64,000 bases of DNA from Candidatus Levybacteria bacterium RIFCSPHIGHO2_01_FULL_36_15b (GTDB lineage Bacteria; Patescibacteriota; Microgenomatia; Levybacterales; UBA12049), in assembly GCA_001782045.1 (NCBI GenBank), contig MFNK01000008.1, forward strand, positions 2,597-66,596, read 5' to 3'. The notes beneath the pieces were generated by a model. It was not told where the DNA came from. It saw nothing but the letters and a program-made list of their open reading frames with translations, and searched no databases. The position numbers and the translations under genes were made by a program. Below, in pieces: positions 35,645-45,422 of the stretch; position 1 is the first letter of the stretch; every line of letters begins with the position of its first letter.

Positions 35645-35715
35645 CAGGGGTAGAGGGAGTCGAACCCCCAGTCGCGGTTTTGGAGACCGCTGGTTTACCG
35701 TTAACCGATACCCCT
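35645..35715 (-). tRNA. tRNA-Trp (anticodon CCA)
   Basis: Acceptor AGGGGTA/TACCCCT, anticodon loop CTCCAAA, T-arm GGGGG-TTCGACT-CCCTC. Confidence 0.8.
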
Positions 35716-35812
35716 AAGTAAGTGTAATTATAGCTTTTTGAAGGTTTCCAAGCAAGAAGTCAGGCTAATTTGAATTGACATTGAAAAATCTCAGATATAT
35801 AATGCCTTTCTC

Positions 35813-36820
35813 ATGGGTAAAGAAAAGAAAAATAGATCCCACGAACTTACAAAAACGAATCTCCCTCCTGCTTTAGAAATATCTCCATTTTTGGTTAGGT
35901 CTCAAACTATACGATTAGTAAATCAAGCTCTTTCCGAAAGCTTCCCAGATTTTTTTAGACAGGTCAAGCCTTTGCGCAACGAAATCGACGTAATAGTGGT
36001 AAGGGACAGGAGCTCTATCGATTATTATCGGTCGGAAATGGTAAGAAAAGTACATAGTTTACGTCTAGATCTATTAGATAATCTATCGAAAGAAGACCCA
36101 AAAGCAGTAACACAGTTTAGTAGTAAAGAAGCAGAACCCTTTAATGTAACTGACAGGGATATTCCCGGGAATCCCATTTTGATTTTGGAAAGTGAAATAA
36201 CAGATGTAAAAAATGGTAACTTTCCGGAAGAATATAAAAGAGCTCTTCTTGAACTGGGGATTGGTCGCGTTCTTGCTCATGAAGGAGCACACCACTATGT
36301 AAAAGAAATCAAAGATATACCCGTAGATCCTTCTGACCCCCTTTTTCGTATGACATTTTCTTTTGATCGTATGCAGGCTAGGTCAAACCAACGCTTTACG
36401 CCTATAATAGAGGAGCTTGAAAGATTTGCATCAGCTAACAACCCCTCGGTTAAAATAAATGCAACTAAAATATCGTTGTATTGTGATGATATAAATGGAG
36501 AAAGAAAAGCCATAACTGGAAGCGGTTATGATTTGGAAGAGTCGATAGTTGAACTAATTACCCATAGGGCTTCTAATATTTTAATAAAATATGCCGAAGG
36601 TAGTTTCTCTCCCGGTGTTGCCACAACTTTTAAGAATCTTTTTGATAATAGTTTTAAATCAATGGATCACTACAGAATGGTAAACCTAACATCAGTTGGG
36701 TTACGATATCTTTCTATGTTGGGAATAAGAACCTTGGAAGAAGCAGTAGATCCTTTTATGAGTGGGGAAATTCCCTTACTCCACTCTAGATTATTGGGAA
36801 AACAAGAATATATGCCATAA
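35813..36820 (+). CDS. hypothetical protein
   Basis: 335 aa with no motif recognised. Confidence 0.35.
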   Translation: MGKEKKNRSHELTKTNLPPALEISPFLVRSQTIRLVNQALSESFPDFFRQVKPLRNEIDVIVVRDRSSIDYYRSEMVRKVHSLRLDLLDNLSKEDPKAVTQFSSKEAEPFNVTDRDIPGNPILILESEITDVKNGNFPEEYKRALLELGIGRVLAHEGAHHYVKEIKDIPVDPSDPLFRMTFSFDRMQARSNQRFTPIIEELERFASANNPSVKINATKISLYCDDINGERKAITGSGYDLEESIVELITHRASNILIKYAEGSFSPGVATTFKNLFDNSFKSMDHYRMVNLTSVGLRYLSMLGIRTLEEAVDPFMSGEIPLLHSRLLGKQEYMP

Positions 36821-36821
36821 A

Positions 36822-37109
36822 TTAGGCGGCGGATTTGGATGAAGACTCATTATTCTGTCTAAAAATAGTAGTCTCTTCTCTCACAAAGTTTTTTAGAGCG
36901 TTTAAGTGTTTTTCTGTATCTTTCTTTTCCTCGGGTTTAATGGCGCAAACATACACCGTAGACATTTCTCTTCCTTTTCCTCTTTTCTCAATTATAACCC
37001 CTTTTGAAGATGCAACTTGCTGAAATTGTGGTATTTGCTCGTTTTGAATTTTGTACATGACGCATTTCCCGCCCTTTCTGCCTTCAATCCAGAACTCTTG
37101 AAGCGCCAC
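36822..37109 (-). CDS. hypothetical protein
   Basis: 95 aa with no motif recognised. Confidence 0.3.
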   Translation of the reverse strand: MALQEFWIEGRKGGKCVMYKIQNEQIPQFQQVASSKGVIIEKRGKGREMSTVYVCAIKPEEKKDTEKHLNALKNFVREETTIFRQNNESSSKSAA

Positions 37110-37146
37110 TAATTAATTTTAGACACAGATTGATATACTTGTCAAG

Positions 37147-37776
37147 TTAAAGGCCTAAGAGATGTTCGGAGAATGTAAGAAGATTAAAAATAGCCTCGCC
37201 AAGCGAAAAACCGCCGATTGGAAACATTAGAAGAAAGAAAAGAATAAAAATCCCTATAAATCCAATTGAAAGATAAGAAGCGGCTTCTTTCTCCGGCAAA
37301 ATCAAAGCAAATATCTTAGAACCGTCTAACGGAGGAATGGGAATCAAGTTAAAGATAGCAAGCAACAAGTTGAGTCTTACTACCAGTCCGAGGACGTAGT
37401 AAATAAATACTTGAGCTTCTCCAAGAGGAAAAAATCCGATAGCTTTAATTGCAATAGCTGCAATAAACGCAATAAGAACATTGGTTGCAGGACCTGCTAA
37501 AGAAACTAACGCCAAGTCTTTCCGGCCATCTTTTAAATTAAATGGATCAACCGGAACCGGTTTGGCGGCGCCGAAGATAACAGGGGATCCTGATAAAATA
37601 AGAATCAAGGGAAGGAAAATACTCATAATCGGGTCTATATGGGGCTTTGGATTAAGCGTAAGACGCCCTAAGAGCCTTGCAGTTGGGTCTCCAAGACGTT
37701 CTGCAACATATCCGTGTGCAATTTCATGCAGAATAGCACTGTAAATTAAAACAAGTAGTAAGATTACGATTTCCAC
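37147..37776 (-). CDS. M50 family (site-2 protease-like) zinc metallopeptidase
   Basis: HEIAHGY (HExxH) and NLIPIPPLDGS motifs. Multi-TM. Confidence 0.75.
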   Translation of the reverse strand: MEIVILLLVLIYSAILHEIAHGYVAERLGDPTARLLGRLTLNPKPHIDPIMSIFLPLILILSGSPVIFGAAKPVPVDPFNLKDGRKDLALVSLAGPATNVLIAFIAAIAIKAIGFFPLGEAQVFIYYVLGLVVRLNLLLAIFNLIPIPPLDGSKIFALILPEKEAASYLSIGFIGIFILFFLLMFPIGGFSLGEAIFNLLTFSEHLLGL

Positions 37777-37827
37777 CTCTTTATTATAATTGAAAAGCAG
37801 TTCGTTTTACAGTATAATCTAACTCTT

Positions 37828-38085
37828 ATGACAAAAGGAAACAAGTGTGATAACTGCGGCAAAGGGATAATGTACGGCCATAATGTTTCGCATGCAAAAA
37901 ACAGAACCAGAAGAATCTTTAAGCCAAATTTACATAAGGCAAAAATTGCAGTCGGCTCAGTTTATAAAACAATGAAGCTTTGCACAAAATGCTTAAGACT
38001 TCTAAAAGGAAAGACCCAAAAGAAAGAAGTCAAAGTTGAACCTCAAGAAGCATCAGAACAACCTCAAGTAATCGCAGCAGTCTAA
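37828..38085 (+). CDS. rpmB: 50S ribosomal protein L28 with C-terminal extension
   Basis: KCDNCGKGIMYGHNVSHAKNRTRRIFKPNLHKAKI matches the L28 N-terminal core. 85 aa. Confidence 0.7.
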   Translation: MTKGNKCDNCGKGIMYGHNVSHAKNRTRRIFKPNLHKAKIAVGSVYKTMKLCTKCLRLLKGKTQKKEVKVEPQEASEQPQVIAAV

Positions 38086-38474
38086 GAAAGCGCTTTTTCC
38101 TCGAGTCTTGCCCTAATTAAAGTTAAAGGGAGCAAAATAAGGCAATAAAATGCGAGTCCAACATAAGAGCTTTGTGCGACAGAAATTCCGATTACAGTTG
38201 CCGAAATTCCAATATACATCGGGTGATTAAAATACCTGTAAAGACCTCGTGTTATCCTTTTTTGTTTTTTAGGCAAAATTCCAAAAGAAGTCCCTAAATT
38301 TATAATACTAGTAATCCAAAATGTTACTCCAAAAACTGCAACTATAATCCCAAGATAGGAAAGGGGAGAGCCATTAAATTTTCCGCCAAAATAAGCTAAA
38401 TATAAGCTAAGAAAATAAATAGTAGGAATTATTACTAAACTTGCAAATTGAAAAGAGAGTTTAAGCGTCTGCAT
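38082..38474 (-). CDS. isoprenylcysteine carboxyl methyltransferase (ICMT)/phospholipid methyltransferase family membrane protein
   Basis: RGLYRYFNHPMYIG motif. Multi-TM. 130 aa. Confidence 0.6.
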   Translation of the reverse strand: MQTLKLSFQFASLVIIPTIYFLSLYLAYFGGKFNGSPLSYLGIIVAVFGVTFWITSIINLGTSFGILPKKQKRITRGLYRYFNHPMYIGISATVIGISVAQSSYVGLAFYCLILLPLTLIRARLEEKALS

Positions 38475-39306
38475 TTTTCAAAAACTCAAGAAGTTTAAAA
38501 TCCGCCTGCGGATAACCGTTTAAAAAATCTTTATAAGTCATTTCTTGTTTGCTTTCTACTTGAGCTGCCTTGAATGGCAAGAATTTGATAATTTTTTCTT
38601 CAGTCTTACTAATTTTTGTCCTTGTCCAAACTCCAGGCCAAGGAAAATAAGCTCTTGTCATTCTATCCAAGATTTTGAAATCGGGCATTTCCGCAACATT
38701 TACGTAACCGCTCTGCCGCGTTAATGTTTTAGTAAAAGTTGCTAAATCGTGATTTTGTTCCTTAAGAATTATCTTTCCTTTTGTGTAGGGCTCAATAGCC
38801 TCTTGAAGCAATCTTGCACCTTCTCTAAAGAGTATTTCATATAAACTTTGAGCTGTATCGTCGGGACTAATTTGTCTTTCTTCCTGTACCAATATTGGTC
38901 CGTGATCCATTTTTTCATCAAGCTTTATTATTGATACACCTGTTTTTGTATCTGCGTTTAGAATTGCAGATTGTACCGGAGTAGGACCCCGATATTTTGG
39001 CAAGAGAGAAGGATGTATGTTTAAAACTCCGCGTTTAAAGTGTTTTAAAGTTTTATCGGTTATTATTATTCCAAAGTCTGCAACAATTCCTAAATCCGGT
39101 TTTAGTATTTTAATTTCTTTTAGATTTTCCAGCTCAAGTTTATCTTTAACTCGAATTACTTCAATTCCTTTAGACTGACAAAAGGGAATAATAGATGCTT
39201 TTTCTTCTGACTCTGTAGTAATAACCAAATCAAGCTCAAAATTGTTTTTTAAACCTTCAATTATTGGAAAAACATTATGAGAAGAGCCCAAAAACACAAT
39301 TTTCAT
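38461..39306 (-). CDS. fmt: methionyl-tRNA formyltransferase
   Basis: MKIVFLGS N-terminus. LNIHPSLLPKYRGPTP motif. Adjacent to def. Confidence 0.85.
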   Translation of the reverse strand: MKIVFLGSSHNVFPIIEGLKNNFELDLVITTESEEKASIIPFCQSKGIEVIRVKDKLELENLKEIKILKPDLGIVADFGIIITDKTLKHFKRGVLNIHPSLLPKYRGPTPVQSAILNADTKTGVSIIKLDEKMDHGPILVQEERQISPDDTAQSLYEILFREGARLLQEAIEPYTKGKIILKEQNHDLATFTKTLTRQSGYVNVAEMPDFKILDRMTRAYFPWPGVWTRTKISKTEEKIIKFLPFKAAQVESKQEMTYKDFLNGYPQADFKLLEFLKNADA

Positions 39307-39307
39307 C

Positions 39308-39847
39308 TTATATAGTTAATTCTTCAAAATAATCATGGCCTTTTGCGTCCTTTTTAGATTCGTAAAGTTTCCCTTTTTGTTCCAAAACTCTTTTGGGAAA
39401 CAAAATTCCTTCCAAGTGGTCTACTTCGTGCTGAATAATTGTAGACAAAAATCCCGTAAAGCTTTTCGTAAACCTTTGGCCCTTATCGTTTTGATATTCC
39501 AGTGTAATCTTTGGATATCTTTCTACTTCTCCCCAAATACCCTGAAGAGATAAACAGCCCTCAAGCTTTCTAATTCTTTTTTTCTTTCTTTTTTCAAGCT
39601 GTTCGAATGAAGTTATTTTGGGATTTATAAAAACTTCAAGCTTATGTTTAATACCAGGTTTTGTTACAAAAATTCTTTTACTTTCTCCAATCTGGGGGGC
39701 AGCGAGTCCAACACCAACGGGGTCACGCGCAGATTCAAGGGCTTTTGACATGTTTTGTATTAGAGTCTCAAGTTTATTATCGAAATTTGTTACCGGTTCC
39801 GCTATTTTGGACAGAATGGGGTGTGGGGCATTTAAAATTTCTGACAT
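39308..39847 (-). CDS. def: peptide deformylase
   Basis: GVGLAAPQIG, EGCLS and QHEVDHLEG motifs. Confidence 0.9.
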   Translation of the reverse strand: MSEILNAPHPILSKIAEPVTNFDNKLETLIQNMSKALESARDPVGVGLAAPQIGESKRIFVTKPGIKHKLEVFINPKITSFEQLEKRKKKRIRKLEGCLSLQGIWGEVERYPKITLEYQNDKGQRFTKSFTGFLSTIIQHEVDHLEGILFPKRVLEQKGKLYESKKDAKGHDYFEELTI

Positions 39848-39848
39848 T

Positions 39849-42320
39849 TTATTTTTTCCAGGTACTTAGAGCATCAGATGCCGGCTGGTATGGACCGAAA
39901 GTTTTAAGAATATATTCCATTTGAAAAATAGCTTTGTCCTCGTACTGCGCATTTATAACTTGTCCTTTATCGTTTATTGCAAGCTGATGATAAAAAAGTC
40001 CAAGTGCATAGTAAGCATTTAAATAATCCGGCTTAAACTTTATAGTTTCTTCAAGAATTTGAACGGCTTTTTTAACGTCGCCTGACTGACCCGTTAAAAC
40101 GCCCAAATTATATGAAACATCAGCGTCATTCGGAGCAAGTTCCTTTGCGCGTTTTATTGCATCAAGTGCTTGTGGTAGGTAATTTGCATCAACTTGGCCA
40201 AGAGAGTAGAAAACTCTTACTCTGGTTTTTGCAAAAACGATATTATTAGGATGTTCCTCTTTAAGTTTATTGCTGTTTGCAATTGAACTATCAATAAGTT
40301 GTTTCGCTATATTTAAATCAGCCTGATTAGGACTTTGTTGATTTTGATAAATTATTGCGGATGCAACAACGGCATTATTTAAAGATAATTCATCTCTAAA
40401 AACAGGCTCACTCGGCCTAAACTCAACGGATTTTTGTAAAAATGGATATGCGTTTTGATAATCGCCGGCTCTGTCGAAATTATAACCCAAGTAATAATAT
40501 CTGTCGGCCTGCCAAAATCTTGCAAGTACAAAAATAAGATATGCACCTATAACGATTACTCCAATAACTAAAATTTTTTGTACATTACTTAATAATACTG
40601 CCTCGCTTTTGTTCTTGGAAAAATTAAACGAATAAGAATTATTTTCCCTTAACATACCCGCCATAATTAAGAAAAAAGCAGGAAGTGTATAAAAGAAAAT
40701 ATTTATCATTACAACAGAAAATCCAAAGAAATTAGAAATTAAAATTCCTATATATGCAATAACTAGAGAGGCAAGTAGCAGTGCTTCTTTGCCTAACCTT
40801 TTTGTATTCTTAAATAAGAATTTTGCAGACATAAACAAGAATGCTCCAATCATTAATAAATAAGTAGCAATTCCCACTGTTCCAGTAGTTGCAAGATAGT
40901 TTAGATATTCGTTGTGGGCTTTGTTATATAGGAAATTCCACTCAGACGTTAAATTATGCTCAACCGGCCTATACTTATAGTAGGAAAAAGCATAAGTTTC
41001 TAAGCCTGAGCCAAAGACAGGATAGTTTTTCCAAATATCAATTGCTCCTTTCCACACCAAAAGCCTTATTGTTCCCGATTCAGTACCTCCTAAGTCTGCA
41101 ACAGGCGCGCTTTGAGCTGGCGGGAGAGCTTTAGCTTTTGGCTTTGTCAGATTTTGATATCTGTCGTTAATTCCCTTAAAGGTAAAAATATCTAAAAATG
41201 AAAAAGGCTGGCCGTTAAAAAATATAATTGCATAAAATAAAATAAGTATTGATGCCAGTACTTTAAAATCAAAGCTAGGTTTTTTAATATTAAATTTAGG
41301 CCGGATAAAAAAGTAAAAGTAATAGGAAAGAAATATTAAAAATGTTACCCATGCCGCGACTACCGAGCCTCTTGAAATTGTCCAAAGAATAGAAAAGTAG
41401 CAGAGTCCAATGAATACAAATAACGAAGTAGCAAAAACAAGCAGGTAATTACTTAGCAATTTTTTTCCTTTTTCAAAAAGCTGTGGTAAAGAAACAAGCT
41501 TTACAAAGATTGCCAAAAGTATTGGTACGATTATTGCCAAATATGCTCCGTACCAAGCAGGCTGGCCCAGTGTAGAGAAAAGTCTGATTTTAGGCTGGAA
41601 ATCCGCAGTCCAGCAGGATACATCAAATGTGCCTCTAAAAAGCAGGCAGGTTGGATCATATCCAAAATGAGACGGAAGCCCCCATAAAACTATTAAAACG
41701 CAGCTGCTTAGAGCAAAATACAAAACTCTTTTTACAGAACCCGCGGGAGCAAGTTGTGCAAAAATTGCAAAAGATGCAAGAACAGTTGTTAAAGAAGTAA
41801 GCGATTGAAGTGGAAATGCATTTGCAGTAGTATTTTTAAAAAAGGACGCAATTACATTTCCTGTAAAAAATACCGCTATACCAGCAACAAAAAAAGCAAC
41901 TGCTCTTACATTAATTAAACTTTCCTTTCCTCCTTTATTTCCAAAGTCTTTATAGTTGGAAACAAAGCCGTAGTAGAGAAAAACATAAGAAAGTATGGAA
42001 AAAAGTCCACCATTAAATCTTGAATAATATCCCCACAGGGAAATATGCATATCTAGCGAAAATACAGTGGATAAAACTTGTGAGCCTACAAAAAGCGCAA
42101 TCGGAATATCCAAAGGAGTTTTTTGAACTTGGAACTGTCTTTTAATCACCATTTTAGCAATCCATGAAGTTCCAATTACAATTGTTAAAACAAAAGTCAC
42201 CCAAAGTTTATTAAATTCAAACAGTTCCGATGTGTCGCCAGCGAGTGTTAGAGGAACGAGAAAAAATAGAAGATAAAAAGAGTACTCAATTGTTTTGTTT
42301 AGATAATTTAATAACTTCAT
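39849..42320 (-). CDS. O-antigen ligase (Wzy_C)-like polytopic membrane protein with C-terminal TPR repeats
   Basis: 823 aa with more than 12 TM segments. NKAHNEYLNYL motif. C-terminal TPR-like repeats (YYLGYNFDRAGDYQNAYPFL...). Confidence 0.6.
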   Translation of the reverse strand: MKLLNYLNKTIEYSFYLLFFLVPLTLAGDTSELFEFNKLWVTFVLTIVIGTSWIAKMVIKRQFQVQKTPLDIPIALFVGSQVLSTVFSLDMHISLWGYYSRFNGGLFSILSYVFLYYGFVSNYKDFGNKGGKESLINVRAVAFFVAGIAVFFTGNVIASFFKNTTANAFPLQSLTSLTTVLASFAIFAQLAPAGSVKRVLYFALSSCVLIVLWGLPSHFGYDPTCLLFRGTFDVSCWTADFQPKIRLFSTLGQPAWYGAYLAIIVPILLAIFVKLVSLPQLFEKGKKLLSNYLLVFATSLFVFIGLCYFSILWTISRGSVVAAWVTFLIFLSYYFYFFIRPKFNIKKPSFDFKVLASILILFYAIIFFNGQPFSFLDIFTFKGINDRYQNLTKPKAKALPPAQSAPVADLGGTESGTIRLLVWKGAIDIWKNYPVFGSGLETYAFSYYKYRPVEHNLTSEWNFLYNKAHNEYLNYLATTGTVGIATYLLMIGAFLFMSAKFLFKNTKRLGKEALLLASLVIAYIGILISNFFGFSVVMINIFFYTLPAFFLIMAGMLRENNSYSFNFSKNKSEAVLLSNVQKILVIGVIVIGAYLIFVLARFWQADRYYYLGYNFDRAGDYQNAYPFLQKSVEFRPSEPVFRDELSLNNAVVASAIIYQNQQSPNQADLNIAKQLIDSSIANSNKLKEEHPNNIVFAKTRVRVFYSLGQVDANYLPQALDAIKRAKELAPNDADVSYNLGVLTGQSGDVKKAVQILEETIKFKPDYLNAYYALGLFYHQLAINDKGQVINAQYEDKAIFQMEYILKTFGPYQPASDALSTWKK

Positions 42321-42376
42321 CCCGTTAGATTACTGCATTTACCCGTAAATTTTGTCTTGATCCAAAATCTAACGGG
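42321..42376. promoter_or_regulatory. 11 bp perfect inverted repeat CCCGTTAGATT ... AATCTAACGGG in divergent intergenic region
   Basis: Arms at 42321-42331 and 42366-42376, separated by 34 nt, between the start of the ligase gene (-) and mreB paralog 2 (+). Confidence 0.35.
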
Positions 42377-42430
42377 ATTCATCCTAACAGCAGTAAAATT
42401 TATACTAACATAAGAGCCTGCCATTTACAA

Positions 42431-43591
42431 TTGATGATTTATAATCTACAATTTCAACTGATGTTAGACAAGCTTTTCTCTCTTTTTTCTTATGATATCG
42501 GTATAGATTTAGGAACCGCAAATACCCTTGTTTGGGTTAAGGGAAAAGGAATAGTAATAAGAGAACCTTCTGTTGTTGCAATGCATAAGAAAACAAAAAA
42601 AACTATTGCAATCGGAACTGAAGCTAAGAAAATGCTTGGTAAAACACCGGCGAATATTATTACCGTAAAACCCCTAAAAGGCGGAGTAATAGCAGATTTT
42701 GACGCAACCCTTGCCATGATTACACATTATATTCAGAATATCCATGAAGTAGGAAAGATCGTTCCTACCATTTTTTCAAGACCACGTGTTGTAATAGGAA
42801 TTCCATCTGGAGTTACAGAGGTGGAGCGAAGAGCGGTTTGGGAAGCAGCCTTAAACGCAGGCGCAAGAGAGGCTTTTCTAATAGAAGAGTCTATGGCGTC
42901 TGCTATTGGAGAAAATGTTTCTGTTTTTGCTCCTACAGGGATAATGGTTGTTGATATCGGGGGAGGAACTACGGAAATCGCGGTTATTTCCTTAGGGGGA
43001 ATAGTTGTTGGAAAGTCATTAAAAATTGCAGGAGATAATATGGACAGCGCAATTGCACATTATATAAGGTTAAAACACGGTCTTTTAATAGGAGAAAAAA
43101 CCGCAGAGGATTTAAAAATCACAATTGGAAGCGCATATGCAAAAGGTCCAAGGCCTAAAACTCACACCGTTGAAAGTCCGGTGGGGTTAAGCGGACAAAA
43201 TTTAATAGGTGTAGAAAAAAATGAAAGTGGCGAAAAGGTAGCAATTGTAAGGGGACGAGATATAGAAACAGGGTTGCCCAAAAGCTTAAAAGTTACAGAA
43301 GTTGAAGTAAGAGAAGCCTTAGCTCCGGTTTTAACGCAAATAATAAATGCGGTTGCAGAAATTTTGGAAGAATCTCCTCCGGAACTCACAAGCGATGTAT
43401 TGGAACATGGGGTATTATTAACAGGTGGGGGATCAAAACTTCCGGGCTTTGATAAATTAATAGTAGAGCGAATTCATATTCCGGTTATCCCAAGCGAAGA
43501 TCCGTTAACTAGCGTAGTAAGAGGAACTGGTAAGGTTTTAGAAGACGATGCTCTTCTTCAACGCGTCAAAGTAATCGGTGGCCTTCAGTAA
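42431..43591 (+). CDS. mreB: rod shape-determining protein MreB (paralog 2)
   Basis: DIGIDLGTANTLVWV. Begins an mreB-(orf)-mreC-mreD-PBP2 operon. The true start may be the downstream in-frame Met. Confidence 0.85.
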   Translation: MMIYNLQFQLMLDKLFSLFSYDIGIDLGTANTLVWVKGKGIVIREPSVVAMHKKTKKTIAIGTEAKKMLGKTPANIITVKPLKGGVIADFDATLAMITHYIQNIHEVGKIVPTIFSRPRVVIGIPSGVTEVERRAVWEAALNAGAREAFLIEESMASAIGENVSVFAPTGIMVVDIGGGTTEIAVISLGGIVVGKSLKIAGDNMDSAIAHYIRLKHGLLIGEKTAEDLKITIGSAYAKGPRPKTHTVESPVGLSGQNLIGVEKNESGEKVAIVRGRDIETGLPKSLKVTEVEVREALAPVLTQIINAVAEILEESPPELTSDVLEHGVLLTGGGSKLPGFDKLIVERIHIPVIPSEDPLTSVVRGTGKVLEDDALLQRVKVIGGLQ

Positions 43592-43651
43592 ATTATCGAG
43601 GCTTAAACCTATAGTTTGACAAATTAATTCTAAAGTAATATAATTCCGCTC

Positions 43652-44155
43652 ATGAATGCAGAAGTAAGCCCACGAGGGATTAACCCCGAGTATCAAACAT
43701 TGCCCGATGATGCATCAGCTGTTGTGATGCAAAGTTCAAGAGATTTAAAAATGTATTATGTAGTTTTGGGAAATGTTGTAGAATATTCAGATACCCAATC
43801 TTTAGATAATGCATTAAAAGAAAATGAAGATCTTGATTGGCTTCCCGTTCCTCTATTTGACCCAACACATTGGATTACTCTTCAGCCATTAACTCAACGA
43901 AGAGGTATAATGGTAAGTTTTTCTTCTAATGAGAAAGGCAATGCAAAACTTCAACTTTTAGCTAGCGTTGTTGATCGCAGGGATCCAATCAGAGAAGCAG
44001 AAATAGATCTCTCTACTCTTAGAGAAAAAGGATTAGACTTTGATATACAAAAAGGGGAACACGATTACGATGGAACAATTCTTGGTCGTGATGCAGCACA
44101 ATTATTATACGATTTTCAATTAGAACAGGGTCAGTTTGATGAAGGCCTAAATTAA
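43652..44155 (+). CDS. hypothetical protein (between mreB and mreC)
   Basis: 167 aa acidic protein with no motif recognised. Confidence 0.35.
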   Translation: MNAEVSPRGINPEYQTLPDDASAVVMQSSRDLKMYYVVLGNVVEYSDTQSLDNALKENEDLDWLPVPLFDPTHWITLQPLTQRRGIMVSFSSNEKGNAKLQLLASVVDRRDPIREAEIDLSTLREKGLDFDIQKGEHDYDGTILGRDAAQLLYDFQLEQGQFDEGLN

Positions 44156-44224
44156 TAGATTCCAAATTCCTCTATTTAGCACAGCAAGCTTGTAACAAAT
44201 ACGCAAAAGCACTAAAATGGTTGC

Positions 44225-44992
44225 ATGCCGCGGCGCAATCTGAATCTAATTTTTATAGTTCTAATCTTTTTAACCCTTGTTTTATTCATATTTTCTAAAC
44301 TCCAAGTTCTTAATTTTGCAGGCAACTTTGTGCAAAATATTTTTGCGCCGTTTGAATCTGCAGCAAGAAACATTTTTATTGGAAACTCATCTGATTTACA
44401 AAAAGAAAACATAGAACTTGCCAAAAAATTGGTAGACCAGCAAAAACTTATACAAGACAACAAAGCATTAAGAGACCAATTTCAAACTTCAGGTATTAAC
44501 ACTCAAAATTTAACTGCCGCAAGCATTATTGGTTCACCTAGCTTTATTCCCGGAGTTTCAAATCCGGAAAATCTTATTTTAGACAAAGGAGTAAAGAACG
44601 GCGTAAGAAAAGGACAGGCTGTAATTTATAAAGATAATTTAATTGGAATTATTAAAAAATCAAACGACAACTACTCAATTGTTGCTACCCTTGGTTTGCC
44701 TTCGTTTAGTTTAACTGCAAAAACTCAAAATGACGCATCCGGAATTATAAGGGGACAAGACGGAGGGCAGATAATTTTAGAAAATGTTTTACTTTCAGAG
44801 AGAATCTCAAAAAATGACTTAGTAGTAACATTAGGAAATATTAACGAAGGCGGATTTGGAGTACTTCCAAACCTGATTATTGGTAAAATTGTGTCTGTTA
44901 ATAAAAATGCCAGCAGTCTTTTCCAAACAGCAAAAATAGAACCCTTAATTGACATTTCAACTCTTTCAACTGTATTTATAGTTATAAATTAA
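44225..44992 (+). CDS. mreC: rod shape-determining protein MreC
   Basis: N-terminal TM, coiled-coil (ELAKKLVDQQKLIQDNKALRDQ), C-terminal beta domains (LVVTLGNINEGGFGVLPNLIIGKIVSV). Confidence 0.6.
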   Translation: MPRRNLNLIFIVLIFLTLVLFIFSKLQVLNFAGNFVQNIFAPFESAARNIFIGNSSDLQKENIELAKKLVDQQKLIQDNKALRDQFQTSGINTQNLTAASIIGSPSFIPGVSNPENLILDKGVKNGVRKGQAVIYKDNLIGIIKKSNDNYSIVATLGLPSFSLTAKTQNDASGIIRGQDGGQIILENVLLSERISKNDLVVTLGNINEGGFGVLPNLIIGKIVSVNKNASSLFQTAKIEPLIDISTLSTVFIVIN

Positions 44993-45420
44993 TGATTTTT
45001 GTTATTTTACTTACACTTTTTGCAGTAGTTCTAGAATCGTCTGTAATATCACTTCCATTAGCTTTGTCTATTCTTGTCACTTTTTCCTTTATTTATAAAA
45101 AAGAATGGCTTCTTGCCCTGTCTTTAATTATTGGTGTTGTACTAGATGCTTTAGCCTTAAGAACAATAGGCGCCTCGTCACTTTTTTTCCTGGTAGCGAT
45201 ATTTGTAATCTTTCTTTATGAGAAAAAAATCGAGGCAAGTATTCAAGTAGTTTTTCTTTCAAATTTTGTGTTAGTTTTTTTGTACACGTTTTTAATAAAG
45301 GGGAATTTTTCTGTAGCAGCGTCTTTTTTAGCTTCGTCTTTCGGGATAATATTATTTATTATTTTTAATAAACTAAAAACAGTTTCTGTTAAAGAACACA
45401 AATTAAGATTTGAAATTTAG
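44992..45420 (+). CDS. mreD: rod shape-determining protein MreD (by position and topology)
   Basis: 142 aa multi-TM protein between mreC and PBP2. Confidence 0.45.
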   Translation: MIFVILLTLFAVVLESSVISLPLALSILVTFSFIYKKEWLLALSLIIGVVLDALALRTIGASSLFFLVAIFVIFLYEKKIEASIQVVFLSNFVLVFLYTFLIKGNFSVAASFLASSFGIILFIIFNKLKTVSVKEHKLRFEI

Positions 45421-45422
45421 AA

